Origin: Eledone cirrhosa
Lineage: Eukaryota
Direction of reading: 5' to 3'
Length of the DNA stretch: 64,000 nucleotides
Assembly: GCA_964016885.1 (NCBI GenBank)
Contig: OZ024741.1
Coordinates: 331,018,001 to 331,082,000 of the forward strand
Part shown: piece by piece, positions 1-16,412 of the stretch
How the letters are laid out: each line of letters begins with the position of its first letter
Numbering within the stretch: the stretch's first letter is position 1
Program-made: the position numbers and the translations under genes
Notes under the pieces: generated by a model
What the model saw: the letters and a program-made list of their open reading frames with translations, nothing else
What the model was told of the DNA's origin: nothing
The model's database searches: none

Positions 1-375
1 ATATTTATTTGTTTCTTTTACCGGTTTAACATTTCTTATACTTTTCAAAAGTAGAATTGACATGAGGCTTTGTTAAAATAAATATTCTTAAAAAAACTCC
101 AGTTGTATTTTCAATTTCTTTTCCTTATATATATATATATATATAATATATAAGATCAAAAGATGGTTAAAAGAGTTCCATGTATTTTATTATGCGCATT
201 TCAAAAACAAATATCAACATGCGATGACATTTGCGTTTTTGTCAGATATACTACAATAAAACTCACCTCCTACATATATATATATATATACATATATATC
301 AGAATGGAAGCGGTAAAAATCAGTTAGATCATTACTCGCCACAGTACAAGAGGTAGTAGAGTGGGTAATGTGAGA

Positions 376-473
376 AATTTGGGATCCCGACAGCTGATCT
401 GCCATTTCAACTAGATCTGAGTTCGGATCTAGCTGGTAAAAGGGCAGGAGCTCAGTCGTCGGGGTCCGAAATT
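376..473. repeat. Imperfect ~98-bp fold-back hairpin (MITE relic or structured RNA)
   Basis: Left arm AATTTGGGATCCCGACAGCTGA..TCTGCC..CTAGATCTGA pairs with right arm TCGGATCTAG..GGCAG..TCAGTCGTCGGGGTCCGAAATT around a tiny loop at ~420-422. Confidence 0.6.
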
Positions 474-514
474 ATTCATATATATACACATACAAATATA
501 TATATATATACATA

Positions 515-920
515 CATCATCATCTTTTAACGTCCATCTTCCATGCCAGCATGGGTTAGACCCATTTAGAGCCAAGTTGGGTCAAGTGACTGTGTCTCGC
601 TTATATAGGACTGTTTCTGGCTGGTTTTCTACAGCTGGATGCCCTTCCTAACAGCAACGACATTTACAATGTGTGCTGGATGCTTTTTGCCATGTGTAGG
701 ACAAAATAGCGGACGTAAAATGATGATGATGACGATACACATATATATATATATCCTGATAATGATATATATATATAAGTGTACATACATCATCATCATC
801 ACCATCGTTTTACGTCTATTTTCCATGCTAGCAAAAGTTAAACAAGTTATCCTGGTTACTACAGCTGGATGCCCTTCCTCACGCCAACCTCATTTACACT
901 GAGTACTGGGTGCTTTTTGT
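515..920 (-). mobile_element. Two short RTE-LINE 3'-end fragments (515-700, 788-920)
   Basis: (CAT)n tail, TTTTACGTC..TTCCATGC(T/C)AGCA and CTACAGCTGGATGCCCTTCCT motifs, shared with the 3' UTR of the RTE LINE at 8321-8700. Confidence 0.7.
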
Positions 921-1049
921 CATGACACTTTAGTGTGGGCTGGGCTCTTTATATATATATATATACATATATAGCATGTAGTAAATGTATATATATACAT
1001 ATATATATACACAACACATATATATATATCGATATATATATACAAACAC

Positions 1050-1108
<59 letters not shown>

Positions 1109-1172
1109 TATACACACATATGGCACACATATATACATACAAACACATACATACAGACACACACACATTTAC

Positions 1173-1207
<35 letters not shown>

Positions 1208-1454
1208 TATATATGAATGTCAGAACACACGCATATATGTATGTAAACGGAAGCAAAGCAAACAACACAGTAATATGAAATGAAGAAATACATTAGTTTT
1301 ACACTTAATATAGTAGGAAAATTATTTATGTTTTGGACAATAGTCATTCATCAGAAGATAGATTGAGAAACAAAAGGTGAAATAGAAAGATGGGGTGAGA
1401 AGACGAAGCATGTGCGTATTCAGTCAACCATATATATATACATGTCTATTTGTA

Positions 1455-1489
<35 letters not shown>

Positions 1490-1492
<3 letters not shown>

Positions 1493-1925
1493 GTTGGTGT
1501 TACGAAGGACATCCAACCGTAGAAAACCTGCCAGATAGTCCTATACGAGCGAAACACGGTCACCCAACCAATATTACCTCAAATGGGACAATTCCCGTCT
1601 AACCCATGCTAGGGTGTAAGATAGACGTTAAACAATGATGATGATGATATACATATGCATACATATTTATGTATATGTATACATATAGAGAGATATAGAT
1701 ATATAACACACATATATATATATAAACATTTATCTTCATCATCCTCATTTAAAGTCCATTTCCTCGCTAGCATGGGTTGGACGGTTTTGTCCGACTTGAG
1801 GCGAGATTGGTTGGGTGAGTGTGTCTTGCTCATACAGAACTGTTTCTGGCAGGTTTTCTACGGCCGGATGTCCTTTCTGACACCAACCACATTTAGTGTG
1901 CACTGGGAGTCTTTTTACCATGTCT
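1490..1925. mobile_element. Two oppositely oriented RTE-LINE 3'-UTR fragments (~1490-1648 on +, ~1735-1925 on -)
   Basis: GACGTTAAAC..(GAT)n tail on +; CATCATCCTCATTTAAAGTCC..GCTAGCATGGGTTGGACGG..GGTTTTCTAC marks the - strand copy. Both match the LINE 3' UTR. Confidence 0.65.
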
Positions 1926-2048
1926 CCTACATATATATATATAATAATATTTATAGTTATATATACACTATATACAACTATAAACAGGAAAGGTCAGCAA
2001 TTCATTACTACTTCATTATATATATATAACAAGTTACATCCCCTGGGT

Positions 2049-3765
2049 ATCATCATCAACGTTTAACGTCCGTGTTCCACGCTTGCATGGGTTTGGACGG
2101 GGGTAGTCCCACTTGAGGCAAGAGTGATTGTCTTGCTCGCATAGGACTGTCTGGTAGGTTTTCTACAGTTGGATGCCCTTCCTAACACCAACCACATTTA
2201 CAGTGTGGGTCTGGGAGGTTTTTACCGTGTTGCCTACACGGCCACATTACAGCGTGGACTGTGTGTTTTTTTGTCGTGACACCTACACGATCTCATTTGT
2301 TTCGGCCTGGATGGTGTGGGGGTGGTGGTGGTGGGACGGGGGGTTATTTTGTTAGAGATGCCTACTGGCTGTAGTAGGTTTTACTATGTATTTAGGTAAG
2401 GCGGGTCTTCTCTGTTACTGAGTACCGCCAAAGGTCTCGGTCCAGTGACATTGTCTTGGAGAGGTGTAAGTGTGTGAGGTCGGAGTTTATCAGCTCGTCC
2501 CAGGTTTTTCTAGGTCTGCCTATTCCGTGGCTACCGTCTATCTTTATTGCCCTGCACTTTGTTATACAGCTATCGACTTTCATGCGCATCACGTGTCCAT
2601 ACCAACGTAGCCTTCTCTCGAGTAAACAACATCTGATCCCTCTTATTTCTAATTTTTTCCTTAGTTCGTTTATGCTTTGCCGTTCACGTATATTACTGTT
2701 ACACATCCAGCGGAGCATGCAAGCTTCGTTCCTCTCTAGTCTGCGTATATCCTCTGCACACAATGCCCAGGTCTCACTGCCATGCAACATTGCTGTTCGT
2801 ATGCAGGCATCGTACAACCTGCCTTTCATTTTTAGGGAGAACCCTTTAGCAGCTAATAGTGGTATAAGCTCTCTGAACTTTTTCCAACCAGTTCTGACTC
2901 TAGCTACAGTACTTTCAGAGCACCCTCCCCCACTGCTGATTTTATCACCCAGGTAACGGAAGCTGTCCACTATTTCTATAGAACCCTCTGCGCAATTGAA
3001 AGAGCTAGTATTTTGTTGGCACTTGCTGCTACTTATTGCACCAGAGCACCGGCCACATGTAAAATCTATGTTCTTAGTTAGCTTACCTGTGATCCCACTA
3101 CATCTTTTATGCACCCATACTTTGCATTTAGGACATAAAATGGAGTTTCTACCTACGCCTTTCCTACACACCGAGCACGACCATTTCCCAGAAGGGACCG
3201 CCGCCTTATTTTCTTTCCTACAAACTAGAACTTTAGTCTTAGCCAGGTTAATTTTAAGTCCTTTTGATTCTAGGCCGTGCTTCCATGTTTGGAATTTCTT
3301 CTCTAGCTCGGCCATTGATTCCGCTACGAGTGTCAGGTCGTCTGCGTATAGGAGTTCCCATGGGCAGCCGGTCTTGAACTCCTCTGTTATAGCCTGAAGG
3401 GCAATAATAAATAGTAGGGGGCTGAGAACAGAGCCCTGATGGACGCCAACTTTTACGCTAAACTCTTCACTATATTCGTTGTTAATTCTAACCTTGCTGA
3501 CTATTTCTTTATACATGGCTTGTATAGCTCTCACAAGCCATTCGTCAACGCCTAGTTTTCTAAGAGCCAACCAGATAATGGAACGGGGGACTCTGTCGAA
3601 GGCTTTCTCCAAGTCGACAAAAGCTAAGTAGAGAGGTTTACCTTTAGCTAGGTACTTCTCCTGTAGTTGTCGTACAATGAAAAGAGCGTCTGTGGTACTT
3701 TTGCCTGACATAAACCCGAACTGCATTTCATCTAGGTCAATTCTCTCTCTGATTAGTTGTGCTAT
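2049..3765 (-). mobile_element. 5'-truncated RTE-clade LINE (RT, embedded PHD finger, 3' UTR, (TGA)n tail)
   Basis: ORF 2392..~3765 has RT motifs QFGF, FVDLEKAFDRVPR, GVHQGSVLSPLLF, YADD, FRYLG and LRWYGHVMR. Nearly identical to 8321-10083. Homology stops at a (TA)n run at ~3765. Confidence 0.95.
2392..3765 (-). CDS. Uninterrupted C-terminal part of an RTE LINE ORF (reverse transcriptase + PHD finger)
   Basis: ORF track 2392..3807. The first ~14 residues come from flanking DNA; the real protein begins at IAQLIRERIDLDEMQFGF. Confidence 0.9.
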   Translation of the reverse strand: MAQLIRERIDLDEMQFGFMSGKSTTDALFIVRQLQEKYLAKGKPLYLAFVDLEKAFDRVPRSIIWLALRKLGVDEWLVRAIQAMYKEIVSKVRINNEYSEEFSVKVGVHQGSVLSPLLFIIALQAITEEFKTGCPWELLYADDLTLVAESMAELEKKFQTWKHGLESKGLKINLAKTKVLVCRKENKAAVPSGKWSCSVCRKGVGRNSILCPKCKVWVHKRCSGITGKLTKNIDFTCGRCSGAISSSKCQQNTSSFNCAEGSIEIVDSFRYLGDKISSGGGCSESTVARVRTGWKKFRELIPLLAAKGFSLKMKGRLYDACIRTAMLHGSETWALCAEDIRRLERNEACMLRWMCNSNIRERQSINELRKKLEIRGIRCCLLERRLRWYGHVMRMKVDSCITKCRAIKIDGSHGIGRPRKTWDELINSDLTHLHLSKTMSLDRDLWRYSVTEKTRLT

Positions 3766-3913
3766 ATATATATATATAGTGGTAGAACACTGGAAGGTAA
3801 TATCCATAGTGGTAGAGCACTCAGTCCATGGGACGGGTTAGGTAGAAGTGGTTACACAACAGTTAGTCATTCATACATACATATATATGTGTATATATAT
3901 ATACACACACACA

Positions 3914-4058
3914 TGACCGTGACCTCTGGCGTCACGCAGTAATACAGAAGATCCGACACCCCACGGGTACAAGCTGAAGCATATAGACAATATGCCCCCA
4001 CACCCTCCACTGCAAAGTGGTCCTGGAGGTACCACGGCAAAAAAGCACCCAGCCCACA
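3914..4058 (+). mobile_element. Fragment of a second RTE subfamily (end of ORF and start of 3' UTR)
   Basis: GACCGTGACCTCTGGCGTCACGCAGTAATACAG..CCACTGCAAAGTGGTC..AAAAAAGCACCCAGCCCACAC matches 44298-44443 and, in reverse, 60600-60735. Confidence 0.75.
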
Positions 4059-4164
4059 CATATGTTTATATATATATATATGTATATATACATATATATG
4101 CACATATATATATAAACATATATATATAAACATATATATATATACATATATATATGAACATATA

Positions 4165-5465
4165 CAGGGTGTGGACTATATTTGTTCGCAATTTACAACT
4201 GCTAATTTTATGCAAATTTTTTTTACTTCCGTTGTCACTCTTGTCTTCATAAAAACAGTGACTATATTTCAATTATTTATTTTCAGAATAATTGATTATG
4301 AATAATTTTGTACCTCCAAATTTGTGGAAGAGACACGGAGTTCTTCTTGGAATCCACGCCAGGAGGACAAATAAGGAAATTTCAGACTTTCTCAGCGTCA
4401 GCAGGAGAATGGTGGAAAAGGTCAGAAAGGAATTGGAAGATTCAGGATTCGACTACGAAGCAACATCAGAGAGGAAAACACATGATAGACGATCTGACGC
4501 CTTCAGAACGCCCGAGTTCGTCGCTGAAGTTCAGGATATCATCAACAATGAACCTAGCAAGTCGATGCGTGCAATTGCAAGGAAGAAAGGCGTGGTTGAA
4601 AAGCTCATTAGGCTGGTGGTACATGAAGACATTCGCTACGTTTCATACAAGATGAGGAAAGAACAATTTCTTTCAAAGGCGATGCAAGAAAAGCGACTGA
4701 AGAACGCAAAGAAGCTGATTAATAAGTTGAAACACCGACTGGAGCCAGACAAGCTGTGGTTTTTCTCCGATGGGAAAAACTTCTACCAAGACCAGAAGAT
4801 CAACTCCCAGAACAACAAGTGGCTCGCTGTCTCATCCAAAGACGTGCCCAGAGTCATGCAGACAAAGTTTCCAGAGACATTGGTCTTAGGTGTTGTCAGC
4901 AGTCAAAGTGACGTCATGCCACCTCACTTTTTCCCTGAGGGCCTCAGGCTGAACACCAATGGCTACATCCGCGTTCTGAGCGAGGTAGTAAAGCCCTGGA
5001 TCGACCAGGTAGCTGCAGGTAGGCCGTACATGTGGCAGCAACACTCAGCGCCCTGCCATACCAGCCGAAAGACCCGAGCCTGGCTGTCAGAGAACTTCGT
5101 CGACCACACTTCGTCTGACATCTGGCCTCCCAGCTCGCCTGACTGCAACCCCCTCAACATCTTTGTGTGGGGGGCAGTGGAACAAGACACCAACAGATCT
5201 AGTTGCAATGCGAAAGACGATCTGAAGGCCAGGATCACAAGTGCCTTTAAGGGCCTAAGTTGGGGGACAGGGACGAAGGCCTGTAGCCGGTTCCGAGGCC
5301 GCCTTGAGGTCGTCATCAAAGACAATGGCAGGTTTATCGAGTGAGATCGAAAGAACAAGTCAAGAAGACAAACTGACCCAAGTTTGATAAATATATCTTA
5401 AAAAATAAAACTACTGTGTTATTTTTTCCTAGACAGTAATCTTGCAAACAAATATCGTCCGCACA

Positions 5466-5468
<3 letters not shown>
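4165..5468 (+). mobile_element. Tc1/mariner DNA transposon, DD37D (maT) family, full length
   Basis: Imperfect TIRs CAGGGTGTGGACTATATTTGTTCGCAA / TTGCAAACAAATATCGTCCGCACACTG with TA on both sides; encloses a 350-aa transposase ORF. Confidence 0.92.
4292..5344 (+). CDS. DD37D transposase; ORF open but 2nd and 3rd catalytic Asp replaced
   Basis: HTH-like N-terminus and FFSDGKNF (D1). WQQHSAPCH has D2->H and [16 protein letters not shown] has D3->N, with 37 residues between them. Confidence 0.88.
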   Translation: MIMNNFVPPNLWKRHGVLLGIHARRTNKEISDFLSVSRRMVEKVRKELEDSGFDYEATSERKTHDRRSDAFRTPEFVAEVQDIINNEPSKSMRAIARKKGVVEKLIRLVVHEDIRYVSYKMRKEQFLSKAMQEKRLKNAKKLINKLKHRLEPDKLWFFSDGKNFYQDQKINSQNNKWLAVSSKDVPRVMQTKFPETLVLGVVSSQSDVMPPHFFPEGLRLNTNGYIRVLSEVVKPWIDQVAAGRPYMWQQHSAPCHTSRKTRAWLSENFVDHTSSDIWPPSSPDCNPLNIFVWGAVEQDTNRSSCNAKDDLKARITSAFKGLSWGTGTKACSRFRGRLEVVIKDNGRFIE

Positions 5469-7757
<2,289 letters not shown>

Positions 7758-7945
7758 ATCATTTCATTTTTTTTTTCATCATTATTTCATTTTACGTCCA
7801 CATTTCCCTGCTTGCAAGGGTGGGACGGGAACTGATTCTGGCTTGATTTCTACAGCTGGATGCCCTTCCTAACACCAACCTCATTTACAGTGAGTGCTGG
7901 ATGCTTATATATATATATACATGTATATATGTATATATATATGAA

Positions 7946-8170
7946 GGCACATGGCTTAGTGGTTAGAGCATTGGCCTTGCAATCGAAAGGTTGTGAGTTC
8001 AATTCTCAGACCGGGTGATGTGTTGTTTCCTTGAGCAAGACACTTTATTTCACATTGCTCCAGTTTACTCAGCTGTAGAAATGAGATGATAGGGACTGCG
8101 GTCCCTATCATTCCACTGCAAAGTGGTCGTGGATGTGCCTTGACAAAGGCTAAGGGGTCATCTCTCCCAG
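7946..8170 (+). mobile_element. tRNA-derived SINE with CORE-like central domain
   Basis: A-box TGGCTTAGTGG (7952-7962), B-box GAGTTCAATTC (7995-8005) and CORE-like CCTTGAGCAAGACACTTT. Related copies at ~45283-45557 and ~61020-61070. Confidence 0.8.
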
Positions 8171-8188
8171 ATATACATATATATATAC

Positions 8189-8261
<73 letters not shown>

Positions 8262-8320
8262 CATATATATATATACACATATATATATATACACATATAT
8301 ATATATATACATATATATAT

Positions 8321-11300
8321 ATCATCATCATCAAAGTTTAACGTCCGTGTTCCACGCTTGCATGGGTTTGGACGGGGGTAGTCCCACTTGAGGCAAGAGT
8401 GATTGTCTTGCTCGCATAGGACTGTCTGGCAGGTTTTCTACAGTTGGATGCCCTTCCTAACACCAACCACATTTACAGTGTGGGTCTGGGAGGTTTTTAC
8501 CGTGTTGCCTACACGGCCACATTACAGCGTGGACTGTGTGTTTTTTGTCGTGACACCTACACGATCTCATTTGTTTCGGCCTCGATGGCGCGGCACCAAC
8601 ATAACTTTACATAGAACGGGGTGGTGTGGATGGGGTGGGGGTGGTGGTGGTGGGACGGGGTGTATTTTGTTAGAGATGCCTACTGGCTGGAGTAGGTTTT
8701 ACTATATATTTAGGTAAGGCGGGTCTTCTCTGTTACTGAGTACCGCCAAAGGTCTCGGTCCAGTGACATTGTCTTGGAGAGGTGTAAGTGTGTGATGTCG
8801 GAGTTTATCAGCTCGTCCCAGGTTTTTCTAGGTCTGCCTATTCCGTGACTACCGTCTATCTTTATTGCCCTGCACTTTGTTATACAGCTATCGACTTTCA
8901 TGCGCATCACGTGTCCATACCAACGTAGCCTTCTCTCGAGTAAACAACATCTGATCCCTCTTATCTCTAATTTTTTCCTTAGTTCGTTTATGCTTTGCCG
9001 TTAACGTATATTACTGTTACACATCCAGCGGAGCATGCAAGCTTCGTTCCTCTCTAGTCTGCGTATATCCTCTGCACACAATGCCCAGGTCTCACTGCCA
9101 TGCAGCATTGCTGTTCGTATGCAGGCATCGTACAACCTGCCTTTCATTTTTAGTGAGAACCCTTTAGCAGCTAATAGTGGTATAAGCTCTCTGAACTTTT
9201 TCCAACCAGTTCTGACTCTAGCTACAGTACTTTCAGAGCACCCTCCCCCACTGCTGATTTTATCGCCCAGGTAACGGAAGCTGTCCACTATTTCTATAGA
9301 ACCCTCTGCGCAATTGAAAGAGCTAGTAGTTTGTGGGCACTTGCTGCTACTTATTGCACCAGAGCACCGGCCACATGTAAAATCTATGTTCTTAGTTAGC
9401 TTACCTGTGATCCCACTACATCTTTTATGCACCCATACTTTGCATTTAGGACATAAAATGGAGTTTCTACCTACGCCTTTCCTACACACCGAGCACGACC
9501 ATTTCCCAGAAGGGACCGCCGCCTTGTTTTCTTTCCTACAAACTAGTACTTTGGTCTTAGCCAGGTTAATTTTAAGTCCTTTTGACTCTAGGCCGTGCTT
9601 CCATGTTTGGAATTTCTTCTCTAGCTCGGCCATTGATTCCGCTATGAGTGTCAGGTCGTCTGCGTATAGGAGTTCCCATGGGCAGCCTGTCTTGAACTCC
9701 TCTGTTATAGCCTGAAGGGCAATAATAAATAGTAGTGGACTGAGAACAGAGCCCTGATGGACGCCGACTTTTACGCTAAACTCTTCACTATATTCGTTGT
9801 TAATTCTAACCTTGCTGACTGTTTCTTTATACATGGCTTGTATAGCCCTCACAAGCCATTCGTCAACGCCTAGTTTTCTAAGAGCCCACCAGATAATGGA
9901 GCGGGGGACTCTGTCGAAGGCTTTCTCCAAGTCGACAAAAGCTAAGTAGAGGGGTTTACCTTTAGCTAGGTACTTCTCCTGTAGTTGTCGTACTATGAAA
10001 AGAGCGTCTGTGGTACTTTTGCCTGACACAAACCCGAACTGCATTTCATCTAGGTCAATTCTCTCTCTGATTAGTTGCGCTATTACTCTTTCCGTGACCT
10101 TCATGACCTGGTCGATTAATTTAATGCCTCTATAGTTACTCCTATCTAGGGCGTCTCCTTTACCCTTATAACAGTTAACGATGATGCTGCTATGCCAGTC
10201 CTTCGGAACAACCCCGTTCTGTACGACTTGGTTAACTATGCGGGTGACCATGGTGTGTCCCACCGTGCCAGATGCCTTCAGCATCTCAGCAACTATTTCC
10301 GAAGGCCCAGCCGCCTTACCAGTCTTCATATCCTTGATTGCCTTACTTATTATACTCCCCTCGACTAACACTGCTGGTCCCTCTATTGGGTCGATATGGG
10401 GGAGACTGCCTTTCTCCCAATTATTCTCCTCATTTAGAAGCCTTTCATAGTGACACTTCCAGGCTACCTTCTTATCAGCGTCGGTGATGGCAAGTGTGCC
10501 ATCGTCGTTTAGTACACACTTCTCCCCGACAATATCACGGTTTTCCTTGACGCATTGCCTAGCAATCCTGAACACCTCACGTTTTTGGTCATCGCGTTGT
10601 AGAACATGCTTGAACTTTCTTTCCTCAGCTTCCCTTCTTGCTAAGTACACTTGTCTCCTAGCTTCCCTCCTGGCCACTTGATAGTCCTCTCTACTTCCCC
10701 ATCCCACCATACTTTCCAAGCCTGCTTTTTGGCCTTAATTGACCCCTCCACCTTACTGTTCCACCACCATGTTACTCTCCTCCTGCCTACAGGCCTGCTC
10801 CAGCCACAGACCTCGTCTGTCGCCAACAGCAGGTTTGCTTTCAGAAATTCCCACTCTCCCTCTATATTGTCCGACTCTAAATGTTCTTCCTTACTGTCGA
10901 AAGCATCAAGTAATATGCTTTGAAATTTATTCCTGGCTGTGGGGTCCTTTAGCTTCCATATTTTCCTCCTGAGGATAGTCCTCTTCTGTTGTCGAGTACG
11001 TCTCGTCCTGACTATGAGGTCGCTAATTATCAGTCTATGTTGGGAGGTGCATTCTTCATGGGGGAGGGATTTAGTGTTAACAACAGACACTCTGTCACGT
11101 CTTCTGGTAAGGATATAATCTACCTGGCTTGTGTGTTCCCCGGATCTATAGGTGATCAGGTGATTGTCACGTTTTTTGAAGTTAGTGTTACAGATAGTTA
11201 GGTTATTTGCATCACAGAATTCCAGGATTCTGGAGCCTTCCTCATTTCTAGTACCAAACCCATAGCCTCTATGGATTTCGTCGTAGCCGTCACAATGTTG

Positions 11301-12652
11301 TCCAACGTGACCATTTAGGTCGCCTGCGATAATTATATAGTCACTGTCGGATATTTGGGAGGTAGTTAGCATCAGTGTCTCATAGAATCTGTCTTTTATA
11401 GTGCCGGGCAGTCCGGATTGGGGTGCGTACGCAGATATTACTGTCACCGTAGTTCTATTGAGGACAAGTCGTATTTTAATTATTCTGTCGTTCACTCTAT
11501 TTACGTCTATTATCTTATCTGCCCACTTTTCTGCTACCATGATTCCTACTCCACCCAGCCCATCGTCGTTTCCCACCAGAAAAGCTTATAACAATGTTTT
11601 TTACCCTCAATGAACCTAGCAGACCCACCCCTCCACCTGGTCTCTTGAATACAACAAACATCGACCTCCTTACGTTCAAGCATTTCTACAACCTCGTTAG
11701 CGCGACCTTTAGGGTGCCTACATTTATGGTACCAACTCTGAAGTTTTGGATTGCGTTTGGGGGTTGGGGGCGGTGAGGGGCGGGGGGCGATGGGGTTATG
11801 TTAGCCGTCCGCGGTCGAAACAATGAGGAGTGCTCGCATTCTCGTCCAAGGGGTGAATTTGTCTTTATCTTTGGCATTGTCGCTGAGCGTCCAGATTTTT
11901 CTCTCTCACCTCCACTCTCCAGGATTCCGCAGTCCATCCATCCATCATATATCGTATATCGAAAGGCAACCAGGCAAGCGATAGTATAGGCCTCTGGTTT
12001 CTGATTGGTCCGCGTAATAATACTGGTGATGCGTGGGGGCTCTGTTTTATGATTGGTCCACGTAATAGCAATGGTGGTGTGTGGGGGTGGGAGGGAGGGG
12101 TGTTGGGTAGCTAGCAAGAAGGTAATGATTGAGAGGGGTCCATGCATGTAACAAGCGATTAACAAAATACAAAATTTGTTCTGTTAAATACGTCCAAAAA
12201 CCTAAACGTATTTAGCACTTAATAACAGAAAATGTAGTTTGTTTTAGCGATAGATTGGCTATTTGGACTTGAATACGAAATGTGGATTGTTTTGAAAATA
12301 CGCTAGGAGAGAGAGAGAGAGAGAGATGAAGTCTGTACCTTACGTTTACATGAATTTCGTTTGGACAACAAGCAAAGAAATGAAATTTGGCGAAGTGAAT
12401 TCCTATCATATATTTATAGGGAGAGAGAGAGAGAGTGCGAGGGTAGGGGGCCACATGATGGCTGTGGGTGTTAGGCGTTTGACCGCCCCGTGCCTTCGAA
12501 GAAGGAAGAAGGAAAGGATTTTGCTTTTTTTGTTTTGAAGATACGCTAGAATTAGGGGATTGGGGTTTGAAAATACGTTAGGAATTAAGGTTTGAAAATA
12601 GCTAGCAAGAAGGTAATGATTGAGTGGGGTCTATGCATTTAAACAAGCGATT
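8321..12652 (-). mobile_element. Near full-length RTE-clade LINE (APE endonuclease + RT with PHD finger)
   Basis: APE motifs CIQETRW, VISAYAPQ, IIAGDLNGHVG, SQVDYIL and SQHRL; RT motifs NYRGIKL, QFGF, YADD and FRYLG; (TGA)n 3' tail at 8321. Flanked by (TA)n on both sides. The 5' boundary is inferred from where unique sequence meets the TA run. Confidence 0.93.
8710..11877 (-). pseudogene. Single APE-RT ORF of the RTE LINE, broken by ~3 frameshifts and one stop
   Basis: Pieces join MPKIK..NVGTLK / VDVCCIQETRW..YKLFW / GNDDG..AWKVW / REDYQ..NSNIR* / ..TEKTRLT. Frameshifts at ~11700, ~11577 and ~10700; TAA at 9001-9003 where the sister copy has GAA. Confidence 0.88.
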
Positions 12653-12758
12653 TATATACATATATATACATATATACATATATATACATATATATACATA
12701 TATACATATATATATATACATAAATATATATACATAAATATATATACATATATATACA

Positions 12759-13876
12759 CTTTTACTCTTTTACCTGTTTCAGCCATCCGGCTGAGGCCGT
12801 GCTGGGGCACCGCCCTTGTTGCTACACATTTTATCTCCAGCCTGTATAGGTTGGCCACTGGTGTAGGAGGGAGTTTGTTGCTGCTGCCCTTAGGTTTCCC
12901 TCGTGTCTTGCTGTGGGCTCATCCGGGATCCTGGATAACAAGGTGTCGAGATGTTTCTTAAAGACATCCACCTCCACGTCATGCAAGTCTCGCAGATGCC
13001 TCGGCAGCCTGTTGAAGAGTTGAGGGCCCTTGAATCCCAGGCTATTGCAATACCTGCTCCTTATTCTACATGTGGAAGACGGGACCTTTGGCACCACACA
13101 GTGACGTCCTGTTCGACGGTTGGTCCAGCTCCCAATGCCAAAGTTTGGTGCTAGTCCCTCCAGGATTTTCCACATGTAGATCACTGCGTATCTCTCCCGT
13201 CTTCGCTCCAAGGATTAGAGGTTCAGTTCCTTTAGCCTCTCCCAGTAGCTTGTCTCCCTCATCTTGGCAATCCTCTAGGTGTAGCTTCGCTGGATTGCCT
13301 CAAGCTCCGTGGTTAGTTTGACACTATGGGGTGACCACAGCTGGGAGCAGTAGTCCAGGCGGCTTAAGACAAAAGTCCTCCACAGTGTCAACATGGTGTC
13401 TCGATCTCTTGTAAGGAAAGTCCTCAAGATCCAGCCAGCGAATCGTCTACATGTTGTCGCCACCTTCATGATGTGAGAAGAAAAAGATGCATCATCGCTC
13501 ATGTCTATGCCCAGGTCTCGTATCGATTTTGACACAGGGATATCGGTCCCTCCTGGTCCTGTGTAGCTGTGTTCCGCTATATTTGTGTTTGTGTTTGCAG
13601 GTTTGTATTGTAGGGCTTGGAATTTGCCAGCATTAAACTGCATGTTGTTTTCTTCCGCCCATCTGTATATGGCATCCAGATCCTGCTGTAAGAGGGCAGC
13701 GTCAGCCGGGTTTTGATTGCCTGAGCTACCTTAGTGTCATCAGCATAGCTAGTGAGGGATGTTGTTGCATGCACCACAGAGGGCATGTCCGAGAGAGCCA
13801 CCAAAAACAGTAGTGGTCCCAGGACTGTCCCCTGGGGCACCCCACTTGTTATCGGTGTTTCCCTCGAGAGGGCCCC
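12759..13876 (-). mobile_element. 5'-truncated CR1-group LINE relic (RT C-terminus and 3' end)
   Basis: [46 protein letters not shown] and LERRRER motifs across frameshifted ORFs. Both ends abut (TA)n. Confidence 0.88.

Positions 13877-16411
<2,535 letters not shown>

Positions 16412-16412
<1 letters not shown>

Noticed and set aside
2456-3397. Antisense ORFs overlapping the LINE RT (also 9035-9715)
   Set aside because: Shadow frames of the LINE coding strand; they recur only because the LINE is duplicated.
7946-8020. Possible tRNA gene
   Set aside because: A and B boxes run into a SINE body, there is no clean acceptor stem, and diverged copies are dispersed in the window.
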